Of a DNA stretch of 52,400 bases, positions 1 through 9,312 are shown piece after piece. Below the pieces are notes generated by a model that was given only the letters and a program-made list of their open reading frames with translations, did no database searches and had not been told where the DNA came from. Origin of the DNA: a virus (lineage: Duplodnaviria > Caudoviricetes); the IMG/VR virus record IMGVR_UViG_3300019360_000102, positions 1 through 52,400 of that record; one strand, given 5' to 3'. The position numbers were made by a program, and so were the translations under genes. The number at the start of each line of letters is the position of its first letter. Positions within the stretch are counted from its first letter, which is position 1.

Positions 1-2
1 CC

Positions 3-230
3 ATCCCGGGGACGTTCGAGCTCGGCACCGGATGGGGTGAGGCGCAAAAGGACGAGGTCAAGGAGGTCGACTTCACGCGCGGCCCTCAGTGCGGAGTAAT
101 GACGATCTTCTACAGCGTCCGAAAGGCCCTGCAGAGAGCGGGCGTTCGTTTCGATAACGACGCGGCAGTACCGGCCTTCCCGGAGCCATTTAAGCGAAAA
201 TTCTGCGAACCTCCAAGTAGGAAGAAATAA
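3..230 (+). CDS. 3' end of a hypothetical phage protein (partial)
   Basis: Open frame from the window edge, IPGTFELGTGWGE...PAFPEPFKRKFCEPPSRKK, TAA at 228-230, followed by a terminator hairpin; absent from the ORF track. Confidence 0.65.
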   Translation: MPGTFELGTGWGEAQKDEVKEVDFTRGPQCGVMTIFYSVRKALQRAGVRFDNDAAVPAFPEPFKRKFCEPPSRKK

Positions 231-236
231 AACCTG

Positions 237-266
237 AAAGGCCGTTCCGTAAGGTACGGCCTTTTT
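237..266. terminator. Probable bidirectional intrinsic terminator between convergent genes
   Basis: AAAGGCCGT-TCC-GTAA-GGT-ACGGCCTTTTT hairpin with A and T tracts, between stops at 230 (+) and 265 (-). Confidence 0.8.
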
Positions 267-864
267 AATTACCACCCGTGATGTCGACGTGCTCCTTGTA
301 CGTCGCATGCACTATCCCGCCAAGACTTGTGAAAACAAGTAGTGCATTCTTGAACGCCGTTATAGACGCCGGTATGGCGTTGTAAAATATAACGCCGTCC
401 GGGAATGTCAGATTGTGAGGAGAGCCGTCGCTAAATAAATGCACAGTCATCAGCAAGACGCGGTCGCTGGGAACGAGATTTGAAAACGTAAACGTCAAAT
501 CGCCGATCACCGTGATGGTTCGATAACCTGGAACATCAAAGTCCAGGTCGACCGTGGCGGCGTAGGGGACTGTGATTAAGTCCTGCTGGGCCTCAAGCGC
601 GTCAACTCCGTCCTGGGCTGTATTCGCCGTAGATTGCGCGGCGATTGCGGTACTGTTCGCCGCAGCCGCATCCGTTAGTGCCTGGTCGGCGTCTGTCTGG
701 GCAGACGTGGCCGCCGAGATGGCAGCATTGGCAATAGTCTGGATTGAGTTCGTCAGGGCATAAAGCTCCGAGAAATTCATGTTCGACTTCTGACTGGCCG
801 CACGAAGATTATCGCCCGTCCCGTCATTGGCCGAATTACCAGTGTTGATCTGCTGCTGTGCCAT
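265..864 (-). CDS. Short fibre/baseplate protein with gp9/gp10-like N-terminus and coiled coil
   Basis: QQINTGNSANDGTGDNLR..SNMNFSELY motif, Ala-rich heptads, C-terminal domain paralogous to 8467..8982. Confidence 0.7.
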   Translation of the reverse strand: MAQQQINTGNSANDGTGDNLRAASQKSNMNFSELYALTNSIQTIANAAISAATSAQTDADQALTDAAAANSTAIAAQSTANTAQDGVDALEAQQDLITVPYAATVDLDFDVPGYRTITVIGDLTFTFSNLVPSDRVLLMTVHLFSDGSPHNLTFPDGVIFYNAIPASITAFKNALLVFTSLGGIVHATYKEHVDITGGN

Positions 865-2165
865 TACGCCGGTAAAGTTCGACCCCAGGTGTATTTGAAC
901 GTGAGGTTGAGCGTGTGCGTCGAGAGCTTGGTTTGGAACTCATCGAACACAAACACGATGCCTGAGTACCGAGTGGTCTTATGATCCACGGTGGCGTCAC
1001 TGGCCGAGTCGTGGGCGCCGATGCCCATTGCTCGCCAATCGACACGATTTGCAACCGTAAGGCCATACGTGGCGCTCTTGTTGCGGGTGAACGAATCAGC
1101 GACGTAGCTGCTCAAGGTGACCGAGATGGTAGCACGATCGCCGTTGCGGTTAACCGAGCTTGCAAAAGCCGCCGGGGCGTTGGCACTGTTCGACAAGAAC
1201 AGCCGGGCTCCGTCGACCGAAAATGACTGAGTGAACGGTGGCGCGTCGTTGCCGGTCGGAGCCGAAATGCTCGTGAAAGTGTTGGCAAAAGGCTCGTTGC
1301 AATATCCCCCATTGTCGTAAGGTGTTGAAGGGCCGGACGTAGATACAGACGAGAGCCCGATCATTTGCCAGGCGAACACACCGCCATCGGTAACGGACGG
1401 GGCAATCGGCCAGCCGGATATATTGGGATCGGGAACCGTTACAGGGCTGAACGGGGTAATGGTCAAGACTAGCTCGTAGGACACCCGGAGTATTTGGCCG
1501 GCGATCAGGGATACGGGACTGGTAAGGACAACGCGGCTAAACAAATTGCCAATCCCTACTCCGTTGTAGCTGACACCCAGCTCGCGGTAGGTCACCGGGC
1601 CGGCTTCCGTCGGGAAGTCCCAGGTGCGACGATGCGTCAAGACGTTACTGACACGTGTGGTCTGACAGTTGCCGGCACCGGTGACGAAATTATTGGTACG
1701 CTGGATCTCGGTGTAGAGGGCGATCTGGTTGGCGCGATAGAGCTTAAACGTTGTGGACGCGACCGTTTGGCTGCGGTCTACGGTCACCTGAGTGGCACTG
1801 ATGTAGGCCGTAATCTTGGCTTCCTCCCCGGTGAAAAACTTGATCCATTTACCCTCGTCGCCAACGTCCAGGCCGCCTGCTGTGAAATTGAAAGAGCCGC
1901 TGGTGATGGTTACGGTAAAGCCAGATTGACTGGCCGTAGAGACCCCGCCATCATCGACAGTCGGCTCGTTGTTCGTGCCGACGCAGGCCACCAAGAAGTT
2001 GTCGCACCAAGCCCGAACGGCCACTTGGTTAAGTCCTTGATCCAGAATGAGATTGTTCTGCCAGCCATGATCGCGCACAATCTCACGGGTCGCGGCGTCG
2101 ATAATCATGCAGCGGAAACGACCCGTGGCCGATTGACTTTGTGCTGACGTCTTAACATGTCGCAT
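864..2165 (-). CDS. Putative virion structural (baseplate/tail) protein
   Basis: 433 aa, rich in Thr/Ser/Val beta-strand sequence, NLILDQGLN motif, inside the tail cluster, TAATG coupling. Confidence 0.55.
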   Translation of the reverse strand: MRHVKTSAQSQSATGRFRCMIIDAATREIVRDHGWQNNLILDQGLNQVAVRAWCDNFLVACVGTNNEPTVDDGGVSTASQSGFTVTITSGSFNFTAGGLDVGDEGKWIKFFTGEEAKITAYISATQVTVDRSQTVASTTFKLYRANQIALYTEIQRTNNFVTGAGNCQTTRVSNVLTHRRTWDFPTEAGPVTYRELGVSYNGVGIGNLFSRVVLTSPVSLIAGQILRVSYELVLTITPFSPVTVPDPNISGWPIAPSVTDGGVFAWQMIGLSSVSTSGPSTPYDNGGYCNEPFANTFTSISAPTGNDAPPFTQSFSVDGARLFLSNSANAPAAFASSVNRNGDRATISVTLSSYVADSFTRNKSATYGLTVANRVDWRAMGIGAHDSASDATVDHKTTRYSGIVFVFDEFQTKLSTHTLNLTFKYTWGRTLPA

Positions 2166-2171
2166 AACGAA

Positions 2172-2200
2172 ACGATACTGGATATGGGTTAGCTTTTCAA
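2172..2200 (-). promoter_or_regulatory. sigma70-like promoter, predicted leaderless
   Basis: TTGAAA-N17-TATCGT-N6-ATG(2165). Confidence 0.65.
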
Positions 2201-2204
2201 GCCC

Positions 2205-3572
2205 TCAACTGATTGGGGATACGGTGTCGGTACCGGCCGTGTCGTCCGAAGCCCAGACATTGTCGGTTGATGGAACGTAGCACAGCGCCTTTGGCGATGA
2301 GAATCCGGTCACATTAGCCACAATGCTGCCGGTCAGTGGATTTACCAGCTGAACTTGGGAGCCGTTCGACGGGCTGACGTAGATTCGATTCGTGGTCGGG
2401 CAATAGGCCGTGCCCTCTATGGCCGTAGAACCCATCGTGATCGTGGCAGCCAAAGCATGCGTCACTGGGTTATAGACTATCAAGCCAGTACCACCAGAAG
2501 GCCCTCCGCAATATAGGCGATTGTTGATCGGACAGTAAGTCATACGACCTTCCACGTTTGCCCCCAAGCCGCTAGAAGTCGTGACGACCGTATTGGTAGT
2601 CGGATCAATCTCCCTTAAGACCGATCCGCCACTAGCGTAAATGATCCGATCCGTAGTCGGGCAATAAATGATGTCATTAGAGACGGACGTGGCCGAAATG
2701 GTGGTCAAGACCGTATCGGTGGCCGGGTTAATGACTGAAACCGAGTTAGCGCCCTGATTGGCCACGTACAATCGGTCGTTGGACGGGCAGTAGCATATAC
2801 CACGAGGAGTGGAGCCAACCGTGATCGAACCCACCAAGGTGTTGGTATTGGGGTTAATGACGCGCACCACGGTGGCGCCCTCGGCGGTGTGGTAGATCCG
2901 GTCGTTGGACGGAGAGTAACAGATTGAGCGTGGATTGAGACTGGTGGCCAGAGTGGTCACAACCGCGCCCGTATCCGGCCGGACAACCGTGATGGAGTTT
3001 CCGGAGCGATTGGCGATGTAGATTCGATCCGAACTTGGTGCCCAGGCGATAGCGCGCGGGTCATTGCCAACGTTAGTGGTGGAACCCCGGACGGGCGTAC
3101 GGACCGTCAGGGGAAACGTGAAGGAACGGACCAGATTGGTATTGCCGAGAACCCGAAGGTAGTAGGTGGTACTGAACGCCAAGGTCAAGTTTGGCATCAT
3201 GGTCACGTCCCCAGAAACTAAGCGATCATCGTGAATGATTGTGTTGAACGCAGAATCAGTGGCGATCTGAAATCGGTAACGAAAAGAGCCATTGTCGCTA
3301 ACCCTGGCTGGCTGCCGTGGAGTCATCGGCGTGGGCTGCACGTTGTCGTCGAAGTAAATGTAATCACTGGCCACCGGGGTCCCGTTGGCCCGGTGGGTGG
3401 CCGTAAAAGGCGTCATCACGGTTGATGAGTAACCGTCGACGACGGAGAGTCCGTCCCCGCCGCCCGCATACAGCTCGATGAAGTTGTCATTCACTTTGTC
3501 GAACGCCGCCCGCATGGTGTCTCCAGTATTGTCATTAGTCCGGGCGCCCGTGTTGATGGTCTGCTGGCTCAT
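2205..3572 (-). CDS. Receptor-binding-like protein: gp9/10-like N-terminus plus YVTN/YncE-type beta-propeller
   Basis: NDNTGD..VNDNFIELY N-terminus; ~41-aa repeats of the type PRGICYCPSNDRLYVANQGANSVSVINP. Confidence 0.8.
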   Translation of the reverse strand: MSQQTINTGARTNDNTGDTMRAAFDKVNDNFIELYAGGGDGLSVVDGYSSTVMTPFTATHRANGTPVASDYIYFDDNVQPTPMTPRQPARVSDNGSFRYRFQIATDSAFNTIIHDDRLVSGDVTMMPNLTLAFSTTYYLRVLGNTNLVRSFTFPLTVRTPVRGSTTNVGNDPRAIAWAPSSDRIYIANRSGNSITVVRPDTGAVVTTLATSLNPRSICYSPSNDRIYHTAEGATVVRVINPNTNTLVGSITVGSTPRGICYCPSNDRLYVANQGANSVSVINPATDTVLTTISATSVSNDIIYCPTTDRIIYASGGSVLREIDPTTNTVVTTSSGLGANVEGRMTYCPINNRLYCGGPSGGTGLIVYNPVTHALAATITMGSTAIEGTAYCPTTNRIYVSPSNGSQVQLVNPLTGSIVANVTGFSSPKALCYVPSTDNVWASDDTAGTDTVSPIS

Positions 3573-4963
3573 TGGTACACCTGCATGGTATTGCTAGTAG
3601 CGCACGCCACCCACATGCGATCCACATTGGGCACATACGGGCTAACGCGAGGACCAGTAGCCGCGCCAGTCGATATAGTCGTAACGGTGGCAAGCGTAAC
3701 AGGATCAATCACCCGGACCTGATTATTTGTACCGTCCGACACCCATATCTGGTTCGTAGTGGGCATCCAGCAAATAAAATTGATGGCCGCCAGGGTTGTG
3801 AGCGTGTTGGTGACTACGTTGGTTGCGGGGTCGATGATGCTAATTGTGCCAGCAACGTTATTGGCCACCCATACACGATCCGTCGGCGGGTGATAGCAAC
3901 AGTAAACCGGTGTGTCGCCGACCGTGACGGTGGCGACGACCGTGTTGGTGTTAGGGTTGATCACCGAGACGTTGTCCGATGTCTGGTTGGTCACGAAAAG
4001 ACGATCACTCGTAGGGCAATAGGCCGATTGATTAAGTCGAGGTCCGGTGCCCACCGTGATGGTGGTGACTACGGATGCCGTGGCGGGATTGATCACCGAC
4101 ACGGTAGTTCCCGCTCCGGCGGCTCCGTTGTTGGCCACATAGACTCTATCCACGGACGGCACATAGCAACATCCCACCGGCGTGGAGCCTACCGTGATGT
4201 TGTCGACCAGGGTATTGGTCGATTGAGCAATGGTGCGAACGTTACTCGAACCTTGACAGGGGAAGAAGATCTTGTCGACCGTCGGGGCATAACAAGGGTC
4301 GTTGGGCGTAGTCGTTACACCTGTGACGGTAACGGCAATCGTGTTCGTGGCCGGGTTGACGATCTGTACCGTATTGGCGGTCTGATTGGCGCAGTAGACG
4401 TGTTGGTTTGTGGGGACATATACGCCTGGGCGAACACCAGAATTGAAGCCCGTGATGGTGGTCTGCAGAGCAGGTGTCCTGACCGTAAGGGGGAATCTGA
4501 ATTGCCGCATGTAAGATCCTCGCCCCACTATGCGCAAGTAGTACACGGTGTCATAATCAAATTTAGCTCTGGTGATCAAGCGTGCTGGCGTGCCGACTCG
4601 ATAATCCACCAATATCTTGGTGAAGCCAGAGTCTTCGGCTACCTGCAAGACTTGACCGTATGTATCGGTCACGTCCGTGAAGTGAAATCCACGCCGAAAG
4701 GTCTGGTTGGTTGGCTGGGTCACCGTGGCGTAAACAAAATCACTGTAGATCGGCGAGCCATCTAGGTAACCAACGGCAGTCGGGAACGTGCCGATGGATG
4801 CCGGGGTAATGGGCCAGCCAAATATAAGCGATGACGCCTGCCCGGTGCCTGTCTCCAGGTACAATTCCGAAAAGTTGGAGTTGACCTTAGTGAAGGCCGT
4901 GCGGACGGTGTCACCCGTACCGTCGTTGGCGACCGTGCCAATGTTGATGTGTTGACGGCTCAT
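3569..4963 (-). CDS. Receptor-binding-like protein: gp9/10-like N-terminus plus YVTN-type beta-propeller
   Basis: NDGTGDTVR..VNSNFSELY; seven blades such as YVPSVDRVYVANN..VSVINPAT. Confidence 0.8.
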   Translation of the reverse strand: MSRQHINIGTVANDGTGDTVRTAFTKVNSNFSELYLETGTGQASSLIFGWPITPASIGTFPTAVGYLDGSPIYSDFVYATVTQPTNQTFRRGFHFTDVTDTYGQVLQVAEDSGFTKILVDYRVGTPARLITRAKFDYDTVYYLRIVGRGSYMRQFRFPLTVRTPALQTTITGFNSGVRPGVYVPTNQHVYCANQTANTVQIVNPATNTIAVTVTGVTTTPNDPCYAPTVDKIFFPCQGSSNVRTIAQSTNTLVDNITVGSTPVGCCYVPSVDRVYVANNGAAGAGTTVSVINPATASVVTTITVGTGPRLNQSAYCPTSDRLFVTNQTSDNVSVINPNTNTVVATVTVGDTPVYCCYHPPTDRVWVANNVAGTISIIDPATNVVTNTLTTLAAINFICWMPTTNQIWVSDGTNNQVRVIDPVTLATVTTISTGAATGPRVSPYVPNVDRMWVACATSNTMQVYQ

Positions 4964-6321
4964 TGCAATACACTGACCGCGTTACCTGAAGACTTCGAGA
5001 CATACATTCGGCCGTTCGTTGGAGAAAATATAGCATACGCCGGCCCAGATCCAATGGTGACGGTCGCGACGCTGGTGTCGGTGACAGGGTTAATGGAGGC
5101 CACCTGTCCGGACGTATTATTGCAAATGTAGACGCGATTAGTTGTTGGGAAGAACGCGCACGCGAAGGCGCCACTCATGCTGCCGATGGTTGTGCTTACC
5201 GTGTTGGTGGCCGAATCGATGACGGATACGTTACTGGTACCATTATTGGCTACGTAGAGCCTATTGTTTGTCGGGCAGAAGCAGATGCCAAACGGGGTGG
5301 TGCCCACCGTGATGGTGGTGACCACATAATCGCCCAAGGGGTCAATCGCCGAAACAGAGGCGCTGCCACTATTGGTGCAGTACAGCAGACCATTGGACTG
5401 GCAGAACCACATATCGCGAGGGCTGGAGCCGACCACGATTGACCGAAGCAAGGTGTTTGATGACGGGTCGATGACGGCGACGCGGCCGTTGGTGGTGGTC
5501 GAGACATAGATGCGATTATTCAGCGGGCTGAACACCGGCGAGATCGGCCCCGTACTGGCACCCGTGGAAATTGTCGTCGTAACCGCATTAGTCCCGGGGT
5601 TGATGACCGCTACATTGTTGGGTGTCGTCTGGGCGACATAGATCCTGTCATTGGACGGGCAGTAGACGGCACTGTTGGGGGCCGATATGCTGGTGGTGAT
5701 AGTTGCAACAACCGTATTGGTATTCGGGTTGATGACCGAGATCGAGTTGCCGCCAAAGTTACACTGGTAGATCCGGTCGTTGGACGGAGAGTAACAGCCG
5801 CCGCGAGGATTGGACCCAACCGCGATACTGGTATCCTCAACGGGACTGCGGGTGACCGTGTTGAACTGAAACTGTCTAATGTTCTGATTTGAGCCGTTGA
5901 TACGGGCATAATAGGGCGTGCCGGCCGCATGGTTCCAGGCGGCAAAGATGCGACTGTACGCGGCATTGCCATCGGCCGTCAGAGTGGTGAAAATTCCTGA
6001 AGTAGCGACCTGCACACGGTAACCCACCCGGACCACCACGGACTCATCGATACTGAAGATTTGCCGGGGTGTCTGGATGGTGGGGGTGGTTCCGTCAAAG
6101 TATACGAAATCGCTGGCCACCACGGTACCGTTCAGGTACGCCGCGGCAGGGAAGCCTGTCATGTAGGCCGCCGGGTAGTTGAACCCAAATTCCAGAGGGT
6201 TTGCGATTGTCGCGCTGTCGTACAGTTCGTCGAACATCAAGTTGGTAAACGTGAACGAATCACGGAAGGGATCTCCCGTGACGTCATTCAGCGCCGCCCC
6301 GACATATATGGTCCTTTGCAT
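4960..6321 (-). CDS. Receptor-binding-like protein: gp9/10-like N-terminus plus YVTN-type beta-propeller
   Basis: NDVTGDPFR..NLMFDELY; blades such as FCPTNNRLYVANNGTSNVSVID. Confidence 0.8.
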   Translation of the reverse strand: MQRTIYVGAALNDVTGDPFRDSFTFTNLMFDELYDSATIANPLEFGFNYPAAYMTGFPAAAYLNGTVVASDFVYFDGTTPTIQTPRQIFSIDESVVVRVGYRVQVATSGIFTTLTADGNAAYSRIFAAWNHAAGTPYYARINGSNQNIRQFQFNTVTRSPVEDTSIAVGSNPRGGCYSPSNDRIYQCNFGGNSISVINPNTNTVVATITTSISAPNSAVYCPSNDRIYVAQTTPNNVAVINPGTNAVTTTISTGASTGPISPVFSPLNNRIYVSTTTNGRVAVIDPSSNTLLRSIVVGSSPRDMWFCQSNGLLYCTNSGSASVSAIDPLGDYVVTTITVGTTPFGICFCPTNNRLYVANNGTSNVSVIDSATNTVSTTIGSMSGAFACAFFPTTNRVYICNNTSGQVASINPVTDTSVATVTIGSGPAYAIFSPTNGRMYVSKSSGNAVSVLQ

Positions 6322-7214
6322 TACACGTACTGTCCGCCTGTGGCCGTAGTGCCGGCGGCATTTCCAGGAAAGAAGTTTGCTCCGCCACCGGCGGTCTGGA
6401 TCACGGAGTTCTCGCTGACAACATATCGAGTGCCGGTAGCCGCCCCGGAGAACGTCGATCCCGTGGCGTTTATGACACCCAAGTTGGTTGCACGAGCAAA
6501 GGCCGCCGAGAAGGCAGGAGTACCGGAGACCGTGACGGTGTGACTTATCCGCAGGGCCCCCGTGCTGGTGACATGGAAGTGTGTGGTAGCCCCGCCCGAA
6601 ACCGTGTAGTTCGATAGCGATACGGCGCTGCCCCCAAGATCTAGCTCGATCTGGTTAGTCAAGCCGCTCGCAAAAATCAGGTTACCATATTCCAGTCCGG
6701 CCTTATTCGACACCTGTATGCCCGGCTTAGCGTTAGCGGTCGATTGGATCTGCAGCGCAGTAAGCCGCCACCTGGCATGGCTGGGAGCCAGCTGTTGGAA
6801 CATGGCCGCGATGGCAGTAGAACTGGTAAAGATGACGCTGGCCGGCGTGCCAGTATTACCCTGGATCGAAACCGTCCCGCCGCCCACCACGGGGTACAAG
6901 ACAACCGGGGTGGTGAGCGTGTAGGTGCCGTTGGCGATCGAGATAGTGACCGTGACGCCCTCAGCGACCGTGAGCCCGCGACTGATGACGCTGACGGCTT
7001 TCTGGAGAGTCAAGAACGCGACCCCTGGACTAAGCCCGGTGTTGGAATCATTGCCGGCAGGGTCCACGTAGTAGGTACGATTGGTAGTTAGCAGCTCGCG
7101 GTAGCTGGCGTACAATTCGGTGAAATTAGCATTGATCTTGGTCGCAGCTGTACGGGGTGCGTCCCCCGTGCCGTCATTTGCGACTGTTCCTATGTTGATT
7201 GTCTGCTGGGCCAT
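6321..7214 (-). CDS. Tailspike-like protein: gp9/10-like N-terminus plus beta-helix-like domain
   Basis: NDGTGDAPR..INANFTELY, then TYYVDPAGNDSNTGLS..AFLTLQKAV..ANGTY, a typical beta-helix cap motif. Confidence 0.7.
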   Translation of the reverse strand: MAQQTINIGTVANDGTGDAPRTAATKINANFTELYASYRELLTTNRTYYVDPAGNDSNTGLSPGVAFLTLQKAVSVISRGLTVAEGVTVTISIANGTYTLTTPVVLYPVVGGGTVSIQGNTGTPASVIFTSSTAIAAMFQQLAPSHARWRLTALQIQSTANAKPGIQVSNKAGLEYGNLIFASGLTNQIELDLGGSAVSLSNYTVSGGATTHFHVTSTGALRISHTVTVSGTPAFSAAFARATNLGVINATGSTFSGAATGTRYVVSENSVIQTAGGGANFFPGNAAGTTATGGQYV

Positions 7215-7215
7215 A

Positions 7216-8463
7216 TCAGTATTCTTCGTCCATAGTGTACAACGTGTTATCCATTGAGGGCGAGGCCAAGTTGTCGTCGAAGGTCAGCTTGCCGTTGTCG
7301 GCTTGGAACGCCGTAGTATCCACCGTGGCGGCCGAATCCGCAAACGGATGTGCGCCGCCTGGGTATTCGTGGACGCCCGTCAAAAAAGTGGCCGTAATGG
7401 TGCTGTTCTCGGCGTCTTCGTCGACGATCAGGATAATCTCCTCATGGTCGCCAGACAAGAACTCCGCCGTGGCGGTACCGTTGTCGCTAACGCTAAACGT
7501 AACAAGGACTGCCAGATGCACGCCGTCCAAAAACTCCGCGGTGGCCGAACCGAAGTCCTCGTCTACGGTCGGAGCAATAATCAGCTTTTCAAAGTGTTCC
7601 CCGTCCAAAAACTCACAGGTGACGTTAGACCTATCGGCGTCAGACCCAGTGGCGCCGCCGCGATTGATGCCCCCGGGGATTCGGACGTTTTCAGGGAATG
7701 CCAGAGTGAAGATCAGGGCGTACAGCTGGTCTACGGCGCCGCCCAGGAATGGCTGATCGGTGGTCAGTGTCGAGCCAAGATCGGATGTAATTTGATAGTT
7801 GATCGACGGCTGATAGACAAACGGCTGGTCAAACGTGGCCTCGGAAACAAAGTCAATGGTTCCGTACGTTACGGTCAGTACGGACGAGTTGTTCGACGCA
7901 GTGAAGCGAATAATTGCCTCGTTGTCCTCCAGGCCCGTGCCGGGCAGTACCATGTCGTAAGAGCCGCTCAGGAACTCGGCCGCATGGGTAGCAAAGTCCT
8001 CATCCGCGTCATTAGCCAGCTGAATCTCGCGGTGCTCACCTTCCAGGAACTCCGCGGTACCGGTGACGTCGTCGCTGGGCGCACTACCGGGCTCGAACTG
8101 CGGGTCAATGATCAGCGTCAACAGATGATTGCCGGACAGGAACTCCGCGGTCTGGCCGGCGCCTTGATCCAGCAGGCTGGTCGTGGACGGCAAAGCTAGA
8201 AAGTGCCGGCCCGAAAGGAACGTGCAGTCGAGACTGCCGTCCAGCTGAACTTCGCGGGTTATGAGCGCATCGAAGTGGTTGCCGGTCAGAAACTCAGAAG
8301 TATGTGTGGCCTGATGCTCGTTCGGAGGGGGTTCGGCGAAAGGCTGAAAAGCATGATCGCCGGAAAGGAACGCGCAGAGAATATCGCCGGGTTCCGTGAA
8401 CCTCGGCGTGTCATCTTCCGTGAAGCCGTAAATCGTCGGGTCGCGAAGCGTGAGATTGTTCAT
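7216..8463 (-). CDS. Acidic repeat protein with ten FLxGxH-type motifs; putative tail adaptor
   Basis: Repeats AFLSGDH, EFLTGNH, TFLSGRH, EFLSGNH, EFLEGEH, EFLSGSY, EFLDGEH, EFLDGVH, EFLSGDH, TFLTGVH; Asp/Thr-rich tail. Confidence 0.6.
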   Translation of the reverse strand: MNNLTLRDPTIYGFTEDDTPRFTEPGDILCAFLSGDHAFQPFAEPPPNEHQATHTSEFLTGNHFDALITREVQLDGSLDCTFLSGRHFLALPSTTSLLDQGAGQTAEFLSGNHLLTLIIDPQFEPGSAPSDDVTGTAEFLEGEHREIQLANDADEDFATHAAEFLSGSYDMVLPGTGLEDNEAIIRFTASNNSSVLTVTYGTIDFVSEATFDQPFVYQPSINYQITSDLGSTLTTDQPFLGGAVDQLYALIFTLAFPENVRIPGGINRGGATGSDADRSNVTCEFLDGEHFEKLIIAPTVDEDFGSATAEFLDGVHLAVLVTFSVSDNGTATAEFLSGDHEEIILIVDEDAENSTITATFLTGVHEYPGGAHPFADSAATVDTTAFQADNGKLTFDDNLASPSMDNTLYTMDEEY

Positions 8464-8466
8464 GCC

Positions 8467-8982
8467 TCATGACTGAAAGATGGCTATGGCTTTCACGTCT
8501 GACAGGCTTGGCCCGAACGCCGTGAAGCTGATCAAGATGGAGGAACTTTGCGGCAGAAGTGCCGGCGGTCCAAGTCCATACCACTTGATCAAGGGATCGA
8601 AAGTAAGGTTATGATCCGAGAGGCCATCACTCTCCAGCACCACCGTTATTCCCTTGGTGAACCCAGACTCAAACGGGATAGGCTCCAGAATCGAAATGTC
8701 AGTGGCCCCAATCACATCAGTCACTTGATAGCGAGCGCCGTCGAGATCGTAGTCGATACTGCTCGACCAGGGTATAGCGGCAAGCGTAGGAGTCAGGGTT
8801 TGTGCAAGTTCCAGCGCGGACGAGGCCACAATTTGAGCGGCATTGGCCGTAGCTTCCACGGCGGTAAGGTCTATGTCGGCCTTGCCGAAATTCTGGTTGA
8901 CCTTGCGCATGGCAGAGCGCAGCGGATCGCCCCCGCCGTCGTTTTCGACCTGACCGATACCTATTGACGTGAAACGGCTCAT
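8467..8982 (-). CDS. Short fibre protein, paralogue of 265..864
   Basis: ENDGGGDPLR..VNQNF N-terminus; HNLTFDPLIKWY versus HNLTFPDGVIFY in 265..864. Confidence 0.65.
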   Translation of the reverse strand: MSRFTSIGIGQVENDGGGDPLRSAMRKVNQNFGKADIDLTAVEATANAAQIVASSALELAQTLTPTLAAIPWSSSIDYDLDGARYQVTDVIGATDISILEPIPFESGFTKGITVVLESDGLSDHNLTFDPLIKWYGLGPPALLPQSSSILISFTAFGPSLSDVKAIAIFQS

Positions 8983-9269
8983 TTTGACTCAGCTTCCCTG
9001 GCGGACTTCAGAGAAAGCAAAAGTTGACCTTTCGAGAGCGCCGGGAGCATTTCGCAGCTTTCGACCAAACTTTTGAGCGTGTCGTGGCCGGTGGTGTCCA
9101 GACATAGTTCCTTGTTTTGATGGAGCGACATGGCCCATTCAAGAAGCTGAATGGCGTTGCCTTTATTCTGATTGGCAAGTACTTGAGCCAAAAGTTTGCC
9201 TTGTGTGGGTTGACCCTCGACGGTATTGCCATCGAGGTCTTTGAAAGGAATGTTGAGATTAAGCGTCAT
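8979..9269 (-). CDS. Small helical protein, possible fibre assembly chaperone
   Basis: 96-aa ORF between fibre genes with its own promoter and ATGA overlap; function inferred from context only. Confidence 0.55.
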   Translation of the reverse strand: MTLNLNIPFKDLDGNTVEGQPTQGKLLAQVLANQNKGNAIQLLEWAMSLHQNKELCLDTTGHDTLKSLVESCEMLPALSKGQLLLSLKSAREAESK

Positions 9270-9277
9270 ACACCAGG

Positions 9278-9306
9278 ACCATATTACAAGTCATTTCGTT
9301 AGTCAA
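9278..9306 (-). promoter_or_regulatory. sigma70-like promoter
   Basis: TTGACT-N17-TATGGT-N8-ATG(9269). Confidence 0.6.
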
Positions 9307-9312
9307 ATGCCG

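Noticed and set aside
3572-4765. 397-aa plus-strand ORF (similarly 7303..8199 and 20164..21189)
   Set aside because: Antisense shadows of repetitive GC-rich structural genes with unnatural Arg/Gly/Asp composition.
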